Positions 39,670 through 51,880 of a stretch of DNA of 64,000 bases are shown here, one piece after another. Made by a program: the position numbers and the translations under genes. A model generated the notes under the pieces. The model did no database searches. It saw only the letters and a program-made list of their open reading frames with translations, and was not told the DNA's origin. How positions within the stretch are numbered: the first letter of the stretch is position 1; each line of letters begins with the position of its first letter. This stretch comes from Mobula hypostoma (lineage: Eukaryota). The stretch covers positions 7,750,001 through 7,814,000 of the forward strand of contig NC_086108.1 in the NCBI RefSeq assembly GCF_963921235.1. Reading direction: 5' to 3'.

Positions 39670-42600
39670 TTGTGTACATACATCTACTGATGCTTCTGGA
39701 CACATCTTCAGTGATGTTCCTGGAATCATCGGGTGTTTCGGGTCTTTCAACATCATACAACCTCCTCCAGGTGACCCAGCCGGGGCTGATCAGACCCCAG
39801 CTTGTGTCCAGATGGCTAGCTACTTATGACTCCATGGCTCCCCTCTTTTGAGCCACAGCCATCTTTGAGGCCCTCTCTGCCAGATTGGCGGCACTGCGGA
39901 TGGCTCTCCTCCTCCTCTCTCCCTCGATGCCCAAAATGCTGAAGGCTCTAACTAAAGAACGGGCTGTGAATCCCCTACAGCCAACCTCCACTGGGAGACA
40001 CCTCACTCTCCATCCAGCCTGCTGACAGTTGCTGACCAGTCCTGCGTACTTGGAGAGCTTCCTTTCAAAGGCCTCTTCCAAGCTATCTTCCCTTGGGACT
40101 GTCAGCTCCAGCAGCACCACTTGCTTAGTAGACTCAGACACTAGGACAATGTCTGGTCGCAGGGTGGTGGTTGCGATATGGTTGGGGAACTTCAGCTGCC
40201 CTTCGAGGTCCACCAACAGCTGCCAGTCCCTTGCAGAGGTCAGAATGCCTGCAGATGTTCTTTTGGCGGGTATTGGCTTTTCCCCAGCTCTGACAAAGGC
40301 AATGGTCTGCTTGGAGGGTCGGGACCACCTCGCCCACTCAACTCCTGCGCTGACGGCTTCAGTGATGGTCTTCAGGACCTGATCATGCCTCCACCTGTAC
40401 CATCCCTCACCAAGTGCCCTTGCACAGCCACTGAAGATGTGCTCCAGAGTTCCTCGCTTGGAGCACAGTGGGCACGCAGATGACTCTGCCTTGCCCCATG
40501 TGTGCAGGTTTGATGGGCTTGGAAGCACATCGTACACTGCCTGGATGAGAAATTGGATGCGGTGTGGTTCGGCTTTCCAAAGATCAGCCCAGGTCACTTT
40601 CCTCTCAACTGCATTCTCCCATCTTGTCCAAGCTCCCTGTTGCTTCATTCCCACCGCCTTGCAGGCTCTCGTCTTCTCTACTACTGCTCTCACCTCCTCC
40701 TGAACTAGACGACGCCTTTCCTTCCCTCTGGTGTCCATTTGGGGAGTTGGAAAGGATCCTAGCCCAGCTCGGCCTCGTGTGACCACTCCCACCAGCCTCC
40801 TGTGATGCAGCCTCGCCTCTGCCTCCTGAACAGCTTCCTCTGCCCTCCACTTCCTGCCAGTACTTACTTGGATCCCTGCTCTAGCCACCTTCGGGTCACT
40901 TGAGTCCCTATACTGTGGCACTTCTCTGGCTCTTGTTACCTTGAATTCTTCCTCCAAGGATTTGAAAGGCAGTTGCAGTTTGTTGTGGTGTCCATAGAGT
41001 GCGATGCTGCTCAGGCTCTTTGGCAGCCCCAGCCATCTCCTGAGGAGGTTGCTAACCCTCCTCTCTAAGGTTTCGACTGTCGAGATCGGAACTGCATAGA
41101 CGAGGAGGGGCCACAGGATTCTGGGAAGAATGGCGTGCTGATACACTCAGGCTTTAAACTTCCCAGGTAGGCCAGACTTGTCCACAGATTTCAACCAGCC
41201 ATCCAACTCAGTGTAGGTTGCCTGAATGGATGTTGTGTCCCTTAAAGAGCTGTCAAAAACTTTGCCTAAGCTCTTGACTGGCTTTTCTGTGATGGTTGGG
41301 ATGGCTGTGCCTGCGATGCTGAACCGGAACTTGTTCTCCACGTTCCCTTTCCTCAGCACCATCGATCTTGATTTGGCAGGTTTGAAACGCATCCGGGCCC
41401 ACTCCACCAGCTTTTCGAGCCCTTGCAGAATCCTCCGGCAGCCTGGGACTGATTCTGTGGTGACTGTGAGGTCATCCATGAATGCCCTGATAGGTGGTTG
41501 CCGTTGAGTGGAATTCATTCTGGGCCCTCTGCACTCTGGTTCAGCAGACTTAGTGAGCATGTTCATGGCTAGGGAGAACAGTGTCACTGAGATAGTGCAC
41601 CCTGTGATGATGCCCATCTCCACCTTGTGCCAGGTTGATGTAATTGCTCCTGAAGAGACCCGCATCCTGAAGTTGCTGTAATAATCAGCGATAAGGTCTC
41701 TGATTCTGCTGGGGACGTGATATTTGGGCAGTGTGAGCTGCACCAGCTTGTGCGGAATGGAGCCATATGCATTTGCCAGGTCGAGCCACAACACTGACAG
41801 TTTGCCCTTGTTCTCTCTGGCCTCCCTGATGAGCTGTGTCACCACACCGATGTGCTCCAGACTGCCTGGCATCCCTGAAATGCCACCCTTCTGGACTGAT
41901 GTATCAATATAGGTGTTCTTTGCTAGGTAGGTGCACAACCGGTTGGAAACTGCACTGAAGAAGATCTTTGCCTTGACACACAGCAGGGAGATGATGCGAA
42001 ACTGATCTATCTGGGTGGGATTTTCCTCCTTCGGGATCCACACCCCTTCTGCCACTCTCCACTGTGCTGGGATCTTCCCCCTTCTCCAGAAGATTCTCAG
42101 GATCTTCCACAGACACAGCAGGAGTTTGGGGCAGTTCTTGTACACTTTGTACGAGGTGTTGCTTGGTCCTGGAGCCGAGCTTGCCCTTGCTTTGCGGACG
42201 ACCTCTCTAACTTCCTTTAGTTGCAGCTCTGACATGCCGAACTGCACATCCGGTTCAGGTGGGTCTATTAGGATGTCGCACTCTCCCAACTCCTGCTCTC
42301 TTTCAGGATCATTATATATCTTCTTCAGATGTTGGTCTATGTCTTCCTGCGAACAGGCCAGTTTCCCACTTTGCTTCTCCCCCAGCAACTCCTTGGTGAA
42401 CTTGAAGGGGTTGGTGATAAAGGCAGCACGTTTTCGAGCCCTTTCACGACGCCGCCTCCGATGCCACTCTGCCCGGCGGAGGACCCTGATCTTCTTTCGT
42501 AGTATGCACATCAGCTGGGCCAAGCCAATGCGCTCCTCTTCTCCTGCCTCCTTGTATTGGGACTTCAGCGCTTTCATCTCCTGCCTGATGTTGTGGATCC

Positions 42601-43292
42601 TCAATGCTCTTTGGTTCTTCGAGTAAGACGTTTTGGAGCCTTCTTTCTCCTCTTCTCCAAACCGTTCCGCTGCGATACTGACAATAATTGTTGTCATGGC
42701 TTGCAGCTTCCTATCAGCCCCTCCCTTCGCTGTTGCCTCCAGAATTTGGTTAACATCTTCATCAAACTGCTTCCACAGTGAAGTCATGTTAGCTGCAGGC
42801 CATTTGATCCGCCTCCTGTTAGACTTGATGTTCGAGGGATTAGTTTGCAACACTTGGAGGTTCCGGGCACTATGGGGTGACTCCGGGCTTGGCCCCTCCC
42901 TCGTCTCGCCAGGTTGGACACCTGCGCGTTGTGCTGCTCCTGCTCCCGCCAAACACTTCACCCTCGCTTGGTGGATCTTCAAGCCACGATCGTTCTTGCA
43001 GATTTTGCCACATGCACACTGCTTCCTCATCGTCGTTTGTTCATTGCCTGGGTCTGATGTCATTGTGTCCATCCGACTGGGGTGCTTATCCTCCCCCCCT
43101 CTCGGGCACCCCTGGGGGTATCTTTCCCTTAGATTCTTTGTGGCTTTTTGTGGGGGTCCTCCTCTCAGAGGACGCAGATTGGGTTGCCAGCCCGTTCTGC
43201 CCTGCTTGCCGTCTCTCTGGGCTGTCACTGACTCTCCAGTCGTCACCACTCCTTTCCTGGTTGTCACCCAGTCTTTCCTGGTTGTCACTGAT
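39670..43292 (-). mobile_element. Hero-like non-LTR retrotransposon (RT + restriction-like endonuclease), near full length
   Basis: N-terminal C2H2-like finger CACGKICK..GLKIHQAR, RT (WLDLANAYGS, GCTIS, AFMDD), CCHC CPLC..LEHIFSGC, RHD, RPDIV..ELTVP..ERKLSKY. Confidence 0.92.
39824..43288 (-). pseudogene. Hero-like single ORF, broken by one in-frame TGA (41149-41147) and a terminal 1-nt indel
   Basis: The 713-aa and 440-aa ORFs are in the same frame, separated by one stop (GKFKA*VYQH, probably TGG>TGA); extra T near 39864-39866 relative to the second copy. Confidence 0.9.
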
Positions 43293-44141
43293 TAACTCAG
43301 GGTGTAAGCTGTGTACATACATCTATTGATGCTTCCGGACACATCTTTCAGTGATGTTCCTGGAATCATCGGGTGTTTCGGGTCTTTCAACATCATACAA
43401 CCTCCTCCAGGTGACCCAGCCGGGGCTGATCAGACCCCAGCTTGTGTCCAGATGGCTAGCTACTTATGACTCCATGGCTCCCCCCTTTTGAGCCACAGCC
43501 ATCTTGAGGCCCTCTCTGCCACATCGGCGGTACTGCGGATGGCTCTCCTCTTCCTCTCTCCCTCGATGCCCAAAATGCTGAAGGCCCTAACTCAAGAACG
43601 GGCTACGAATCCCCTACAACCAACCTCCACTGGGAGACACCTCGCGCTCCATCCAGCCTGCTGACAGTTGCTGACCAGTCCTGCGTACTTGGAGAGGTTC
43701 CTTTCAAAGGCCTCCTCCAAGCTATCTTCCCTTGGGACTGTCAGCTCCAGCAGCACCACTTGCTTAGTAGACTCAGACACTAGGACAATGTCTGGTCGCA
43801 GGGTGGTGGCTGCGATATGGTTGGGGAACTTCAGCTGCCCTTCGAGGTCCACCAACAGCTGCCAGTCCTTTGCAGAGGTCAGAATGCCTGCATATGTTCT
43901 TTTGGCGGGTATTGGCTGCTCCCCAGCTCTGACAAAGGCAATGGTCTGCTTGGAGGGTCGGGACTGCTTCGCCCACTCAACTCCTGCGCTGACGGCTTCA
44001 GCGATGGTCTTCAGGACCTGATCATGCCTCCATCTGCACCGTCCCTCACCAAGCACCCTTGCACAGCCACTGAGGATGTGCTCCAGAGTTCCTTGCTTGG
44101 AGCACGGTGGGCACGCAGATGACTCTGCCTTGCCCCATGTG
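43293..44141 (-). mobile_element. Second, 5'-truncated Hero-like copy (RLE domain and 3'UTR), head-to-tail with the first
   Basis: 43310-44141 closely repeats 39670-40501. Confidence 0.95.
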
Positions 44142-45090
44142 AAAAGGTTATTGAAATGCACAAGACGGGAGATGGATACTAGAACATTTCCAAGTCACTG
44201 AATATCCCCTGGAGTACAGTTCAATCATCAGGAAATGGAAAGAATATGGCACAGCTGTAAATCTGCCTAGAGCAGGCCGTCCTCAAAAACTGAGTGACCG
44301 TGCAAGAAGGGGGCTAGTGAGGGAGGCCACCAAGAGACCCATGACAACTCTGGAGGAGTTACAAGCTTCAGTGGCTGAGATGGGAGAGACTGCACATACA
44401 ACAACTGTTGTCCGGGTGCTTCACCAGTCACAGCTTTATGGGAGAGTGGCAAAGAGAAAGCCACTGTTGAGAAAAACTCGCATGAAATCTCGGCTAGAGT
44501 TTGTCAGAAGGCACGTGGGAGACTGAAGTCAGCTGGGAAGAATCGAGCTTTTGGGCCATCAGACTAAGTGCTATGTTAGGCATAATCCAAACACTGCACA
44601 TCATCAAAAACATGCCATCCCTACCATGAAGCATGGTGATGGCTGTATTGTGCTGTGGGGATGCTTCACTGCAGCAGGCCCTGGAAGGCTTGTGAAGGTA
44701 GAGGGTAAAATGAATGTAGTACAGTGAAATTTTGGAGGAAAACCTGATTCAGTCTGCAAGAGAACTGCATTGTGGGAGAAGATTTGTTTTCCAGCAAGAC
44801 AATGACCCCAATCATAAAGCCAAAGCTACACAGGAATGGCTTAAAAACAACAAAGTAAAAATCCTGGAGTGGCCTAGTGAGAGTCCAGACCTCAATCCAG
44901 TTGAAAATTTGTGTCTGGACTTGGAAAAAGCTGTTCACTCATGATCCCCATGCAGTTTGACAGAGTTTGAGCAGTTTTGTAAAGAAGAATGGGGAACAAT
45001 TGCAGTGTCCAGATGTGCAAAGCTGGTAGGGACCTAACCACACAGACTCAAGGCAGTAATTGCTCCAAAGGTACATCTACTAAATACTGA
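44138..45090 (+). pseudogene. Tc1 DDE transposase remnant (first ~10 codons at 39638-39669)
   Basis: KTKEHSKQ..EKVIEMHK N-terminus, [38 protein letters not shown], terminal STKY*; contains stops and frameshifts. Confidence 0.92.
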
Positions 45091-46914
45091 CCTGAAAGGG
45101 GTGAATACTTATGCAATCAATTATTTTGTGATTTATATTTGTAATTAATTTACATCACCGTGTAGAGATGTTTTCACTTTGTCATGAAAGAGTTTTTTTT
45201 CTGTTGATCCGTGTCAAAAAAGCCAAATTAAATCCATTCAATGTTGTAAAACAATAAAACATGAAAACCTCCAAGGGGGAGGGGTGAATACTTTTTATAG
45301 GCACTGTAGATACATAATACCCAGCGTGACAGGCAGATTCTGCTGAGGAAATGGACAGTTGACTTTTTGCTCCTCCTTACCTGGATCCACTAATGGCCTC
45401 CCAGCTCTTACTCCACCCCATCCCCTCAGCCATGCAGCTGGCTCCTCTCTTCAGCTCACACCTCCCCCCCGTCTTTCAGATCAGGTGAAAGGTCTTGACC
45501 CAAAACATTTATGGTCCATTTGCCACCACAGCCCCAGTGATTTCTTTCAGCAATTTGTTCGTTGGTCCAAATTCCAGCACATTTTTGGCCCTGAACTTAC
45601 AATGAAGGAAAATGTACCTTTTGCCACCGTAACCACCTCTAAGTTCAAAGTAAGTTTATTATCTAAGTACAAGCCCGGCGGAGCCGTTTCTGCTGACAGG
45701 AGAAGGAGCAAGCCGGATTGCCAGCACCCTTCAAACCAGTCGCTTCGGGCAGACGGAGCTTGGCAGCTCACCTAGCAGAGGAAAAGCTGTGATCTCAAAC
45801 CTCTGCTGCTTTGTGGCTGCACCCGCTCATGGGGAAGGGTTTGGGGTGCATGGAGAGGGGGAGCCTGCTACATGGGCAAGAGCTTGCTCTACATATTGTA
45901 CTGCCCAGGCTTCTGCATCTAGAGAGATAGGATGCAACATTCATGGTCAACTCTGACTGACGAAGGCCTCACATATATGTCACCATATACAATCCTGAGA
46001 TTCATTTTCTTGTGGGCATACTCAACAAATCCATAGAATCGTAACCGTAACAGAATCAAAGGAAGACCACCCAGCTAGGGTGTTCAACCCAAATGCAGAA
46101 TACAACAAACTCCGCAAATTACGAATAAATAAATAGACAGACGGAAAGATAGATAAATAAACAAATAAATAAAACTGAGAACAGGAGGTGAAGAGTCCTT
46201 GAAAGTAAGTTCATTGGTTGTGGGAACATTTCAATGATGGGGTAAGTGAAGTACGGTCGAGAGCCTGATGGTTGAGGGGTGGTAACTGTTCCTGAACCTG
46301 TGCTGTGAGTCTCGAGGGTCCTGCGCTTTCCTCCTGATGGTGGCAGTGAGAAGAGAGATGCGGGGTGGGTGTTCCTGTTATGGATGCTGCTTTCAAACTG
46401 ACATGGACACCAAGATCTGTACACAAACATTTCCAAATCTATCACCATTTAAGGGGTATCCTGCCTCTCTGTATTCCTACCAGATAACTTCACATTTATT
46501 TACATTATATTCCTCTGTCAGATATTTATCAAATTCTCTAAAGTATCTTGACGCTCCTTTGAGGACAAGAATTTAGTGATGGCACAAGTGTAGAGAGAGA
46601 GACACGGACGCAGAATGAACAGGGTCATATAGCCACAGAAAAGTACAGCACAGAAATAGGCCTTTTGGCCCATCTAGTCCATGCCAAACCATTTAAACCA
46701 CCTACTCCCATCGACCTGCACCGGGACTGTAGCCCTCCATATCTCTACCGTCCATGTGCCTGCCCAAGATTCGCGTAAAAGTAAAATCGAGCTCACATGC
46801 ACCACTTGCACTGGGAGCAAATTCCACACTCTCACCACCCTCTGAGTGAAGACGTTTACCCTCATGTTCCCCTTAAACTTTTCACTTTTCATTGCTGAAT
46901 TCAAGTTACTACCT

Positions 46915-47743
46915 TGTTAGGTACCCCGTAACTGGGTTGCCAAACCAGCAGAAATGGATCACTAGTTGGAGTCTGGATTACTGGAAACCAATAACGTTTT
47001 ATTAAAGAAATAAGTAACACAGTACTCTAATCATAAGGATATAAATGTAACAGGTTAGCAATGATAAAACACACATGTACACAGAACCAGGGTAATAGGA
47101 ATCAACCAAGCTCTATCGCAGTCTAGGGGTGAAATGATCAGTCTCAAGTGACGCAGAGTTCAGTTCAGCTTTGTACAGTTTGCAGTAATCGCTGTTGTGC
47201 CATTGGAGAGAGAGAGATGCAAATTTGATTCAGACAGACCTTTGATGTTCACAGGTGGTTTTGGGCGGACCCTTTTATGTCTTCTATCCCACTGCGGTCA
47301 CTGACTGTGACCCCTCCGTTCCGGATACGACCATTCTTCCGCGGTGAACCCGGTACCCAGGCAAGGGCACACACACACACCAGGTTCCCGCCGATCATAC
47401 CTTTTCACCCTGTCAGTCTATGGTCGGTTCCCTCGACCCAGACCTTCAAACTCTCACCAACTTGTGGGGGCACACCGCTCTTCCAGGGTCTTGTTATCTC
47501 GTGATCTCGTGATGTGTGTTGCCTTAGCGAACCTGTTCTTTTTATTCCCCTGCTGGGGTATCGCCTGTCCATCAAACTTCAAACAGTTCAGGTTCAAAGC
47601 AACCGGTCTGTCAATATTCTGAATTGTGTCTCTTTTCGTTATTTCTCTCTCCTCTGTCATTAACATTTTGAACGTTTCTCCATTGTCTCCCTTATCTCTC
47701 TCTCATTAGCATCAATCTTCTGATAACTTGGTTTTTCGTCACA
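46915..47743 (-). mobile_element. Solo LTR, 829 bp
   Basis: TGT...ACA termini; exact 4-bp TSD acct (46911-46914, 47744-47747); minus-strand AATAAA near 47000. Confidence 0.88.
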
Positions 47744-47752
47744 ACCTCCTCT

Positions 47753-50700
47753 GAACATAAGATAAGAAATAGGAGCAGGAGTCGGCCATCTGGCCTGTCA
47801 AGCCTGCCCCGCCATTCAATAAGATCATGGCTGATCTGACCATGGACCTGCCTTTTCCCTATAACCCTTAATTCCCCTACTATGCAAAAATCTATCCAGC
47901 CTTGTCTTAAATATATTTACTGAGGAATCCTCCACTGCTTCATTGGGCAGAGAATTTCACAGATTCACCACTCTCTGGGAAAAGCAGTTTCTCTTCATCT
48001 CTGTCCTAAATCTACTCCCCCGAATCTTGAGGCAATGTCCTCTAGTTCTAGTCTCACCTACCAGTGGAATCAATTTTCCTGCCTCTATCTTATCTATCCC
48101 TTTCATAATTTTATATGTTCCTATAAGATCTCCTCTCATTCTTCTGTCCAGTGAGTACAGTCCCAGACGACTCAATCTCTCCTCATATTCTAACCCCCTC
48201 ATCTCTGGAATTAACTCGGTGAATCTCCTCTGCACCGCCTCCAAAGCCAGTATATTATTTTTCAAGAAAGGAAACCAGAACTGTATACAGTACTTTAGGT
48301 GTGGACTCACCAGTACCCTGTACAGTTGCAGCATAACCTCCCTGCTCTTAAATTCAATCCCTCTAGCAATGAAGGCCAACATTCCATTTGCCTTCTTGAT
48401 AGACCGCTACACCTGCAAACCAACATTTTGTGATTCATGCACAAACACTCCCAAGTCCCTCTGCACAGCAGCATGCTGCAATGTTTTACCATTTAAATAA
48501 TAATGTGCTCTTTCATTTTTCCTTCCAAAGTGGATGACCTCGCATTTACTAACATTCTACTCCATCTGCCAGACCCTTGCCCACTCATTTAACCTATCTA
48601 TATCTTTCTGTACACTCTCCATATCTTCTGCACAATTAGCTTTTCCACTCAATTTAGTATCATCCGCAAACCTCTTCCAGATTGTTAATGTGTATCATGA
48701 ACAGATGCGGGCCCAGCACTGACCCCTGTGGCTCACTGCTCACCAGTGACTGCAGTCCAGAGTAACACCCATGTTTTACTCTCTGCTTTCTATTTGTTAA
48801 CTAATCCTCTATCCATGCTACTATGTCACCCCCAACTCTAGGAATCCTTATCTTATTGATAAGTCTTTTATGCGGCACCTTATCGAACACCTTCTGGAAA
48901 TCCCAAGTAAATAATGTCCATCTGTTCCCCTCTATCCACTGCACTCATTATATCCTCAAAGAACTCCAGTAAGTTTGTCAAACAGGACCTGCCCTTGCTG
49001 AATCCATGCTGCATCTGCCTGATGGGTCCATTTCTTTCTAGTTGCCCCGCTATTTCTCCTTTAATGATAGCTCCAAGCATTTTCCCAACTACAGAGGTTA
49101 AACTAACTGGCCTATAGTTACCTGCCTTCTGCCTACATTCTTCTTTGAACAGTGGCATGACATTTGCTGTCTTCCAATCCACCGGGACCTGCCCAGAGTC
49201 CAGAGAATTTCGTTAAATCATCACCAAAGCCTTCGCTATAACTTCTGCCATTTCTTTCAGTACCCTGGGATGCATTCCATCAGGACCAGGGGACTTATCT
49301 ATCTTAAGGCCCACAAGTGTTCTCAGCCCCCCCTCTTTAGTGATAGCTATCGTATCGAGGTCCTCACCTCCCATTGCACCCTTAACATCTTTCTTTGGCA
49401 AGGTAGATGTGTCCTGCACCGTGAAGACGGACACAAAATGGTCATTTGAAGCCTCAGCCATTTCCTCATTACCCAATATCAGTTCCCCCTTCTTGTTCTC
49501 CAAAGGACCTACATTCTCTTTAGCCACCCTTTTCTGCTTTTTATAATTATAAAAACTTTTACTATCTATTTTTATATTTTGTGCTAGTTTATTTTCATAA
49601 TCTAGCCTCTGTTCCTTTATTGCTTGCTTAGTTGTTATTTGTTGCTTTTTAAAGTTTTCCCAATCTTCCAGTTTCCCACTACTCTTGGCAACTATGTGTG
49701 CACAAGCTTTTAGTTTGATGCCTTCTTTATTTCCTTAGTTATCCAAGGCTGGCTCTCCCCTCCCTTACTGTCCTTGCTTTTAATTGGAATATAATTTTGT
49801 TGAGCAGTGTGAAAAATCTCTTTGAAAGTCTTCCACTGTTCTTCAACTGTCCCACCAAATACCCTGTGTTCCCAGTCTACAGTAGCCAAATCCTCCCTCA
49901 TCCCATTGTAGTCTCCATTAGGCATAATACACTGATTTTAGATTTGTGTGAGAAATTCACTCAGACTGTGATCACTCTTTCCAAGAGGATCCCTAACTAC
50001 AAGATCACTGATTTTATCTGTCTCATTGCACAGGACCAGATCTAAGATAACACATTCCTTTGTAGGTTCAATAACATGCTGTTGAAGGAAGTAATCATGG
50101 ATGCATTCTACGAAGTCCTCCTCAAGACCATCTCAACCAACTTGATTCACCCAATCTATGTGCGAGTTACAGTCCCCCATGATAACTGTTGTTCCATTCT
50201 TACATGCCTCGGATAGTTCTCTCCACCCTGCAGCCACTAAATCGTACCCCTTTGTAATGATTTGAGCCACAAGTTCACTGACCTTGTTTCGAATACTACG
50301 GGCATTCAAATAAAGTGCCCTTACACTCATTGTGCTTTTAAAAATCTTGTAATCTTTTACTCTTTTGCACTAGACTTTTCTTCACTCCACTCTTACTTTT
50401 CTCTTTTTCTTATCTTTCGCTCTTTTTTTATCTTTATCCACACTTTTCTTTTTTAACTTTATCCATACTTCTCCAATCTGTTGAATCCACCCTGCCTACG
50501 ATTTAGTTTAAAGTCCTAAACACAGGCTTAGTTATGCGATTCTCTGCGATCCGGGTAAGGTGGTTCATGTGAAGCCTATCCCATTGGTTCAGCTCCCTCC
50601 TTCCCCAATACTGGTACCAATTTCCCATGAATTCAAACCCACTTCTCCCACACCGATCCTTGAGCCTCGTATTTAACTCTCTAATCTTCTTGACCCTATG

Positions 50701-51880
50701 CCAATTTGCACGTGGCTCAGTTAGTAATCCAGAGACTGCCACCATTTAGGTTTTGCTTTTTAATTTAGTCCCTAGCTGCTCAAATTTCCTCAGCAGAACC
50801 TCTTTCCTCATTCTACCTATGTCGTTGGTACCCACATGGACCACGACAACTGGATCTTTCCCCTCCCAATGCAAATTCCTCGGCAGGTCGGATAAGATGT
50901 CCCGAACAAGGGGACCAGGCAGGCAACGCAGCTTTTTGGATTCTTTATCCTCGTGACAGAGAACTCTGTCTATTCCCCTGACTATACTATCCCCAATTAC
51001 CACTGCATTTCTCTTCTCTCCCCTCTCTTGAATGGCTCCCTGAACCGCAGTGCCACAATTATGTTGCTCATCCTTCCTACAGCCCCCACTCTCATCCACA
51101 CAGGGAGCAAGAATCTCAGACCTGCTGGACAAGCCCAAGGGCTGAGGCTCCTCCAGCACTGTCTCTTGGATCCCACTACCCACCTCACTCGCAGTCACAC
51201 CCTCTTGTCCCTGACCACAGACCGAATTTGAGGCAGCTAATCTAATGGGTGTGACTCCCTCCCGAAACAGAGAATCCAGGTAGATCTCCCCCCCCCCCCC
51301 CCACCCCGCCACCCCGATGTGCCTCAGTGTTTGAAGCTCAGATTCCAGGTCATCAACTTTGAGCATAAGTTCTTCGAGCAGACAACACTTGCTGCAGATG
51401 TGGTCACCAGGAACCACGTCATGCAGCTACAGCACATCACCTGATCCTCCATCATCCCTACTTTATTTAATTAGCTGTAACTTAGTGACTTTTTATTCAA
51501 CCACGACAAAAGCCTTACTTGCCACTTACCTGTGCCTCCCCGCTGAAGCCTCAGGTTCCCACTCCTACACTGGTCCCTCGCACAATGGCTGCTCCGCTTT
51601 GACCCTGTTTTACTTTTATTTGCTCCTGCTAATTAACTGCGAATTGATTGGTCCGCCGCTAATGTGCCGATCCCCATGAAACGCTCCTTATTTAAACTCT
51701 TCTCCCCGACCTATGCGAAGCTCTCTCTCTCTTCGAATCTGTTGGTCGACACTCATGAGCCGAGCCCCGTGAAACACTCCTTTTTTAAACCGACCTGTAG
51801 AAAGCTCTCTCTCTCTCCTTGAATCGATTGGTCCGCTACTAATGCCAAGTCTGCAATGCCACGTCTTAACCTTTGTCAAA
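47753..51880 (-). mobile_element. Near full-length CR1 LINE (CR1-b) with internal deletions
   Basis: ORF1 CSKC plus esterase VIGDSIVRG and VHVGTND; ORF2 YLNARS, KSPGPDG, YRPVSLTS and C-terminal pieces; short tandem tail at ~47753-47770. Confidence 0.92.

Larger units (their letters stand above)
39244..45306 (+). mobile_element. Tc1-family DNA transposon with long IR/DR terminal inverted repeats, interrupted by Hero-like elements
   Basis: About 210-225 bp TIRs (39244-~39470 and ~45099-45306), CAGTG...CACTG ends, TA at 45307-45308 (TG on the left), AAGTATTC direct repeat at both ends of the left IR. Confidence 0.95.

Noticed and set aside
39725..39765. Hero 3'UTR ATGATG...GAAAC as a hammerhead
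   Set aside because: No CUGANGA core and no three-way junction with a cleavage triplet.
43240..43292. CRISPR-like repeat array
   Set aside because: Eukaryotic context, adjacent tandem units without unique spacers, and no cas genes.
40029..43329. Plus-strand ORFs over the Hero element
   Set aside because: Antisense shadows of a GC-rich coding strand with no recognisable motifs.
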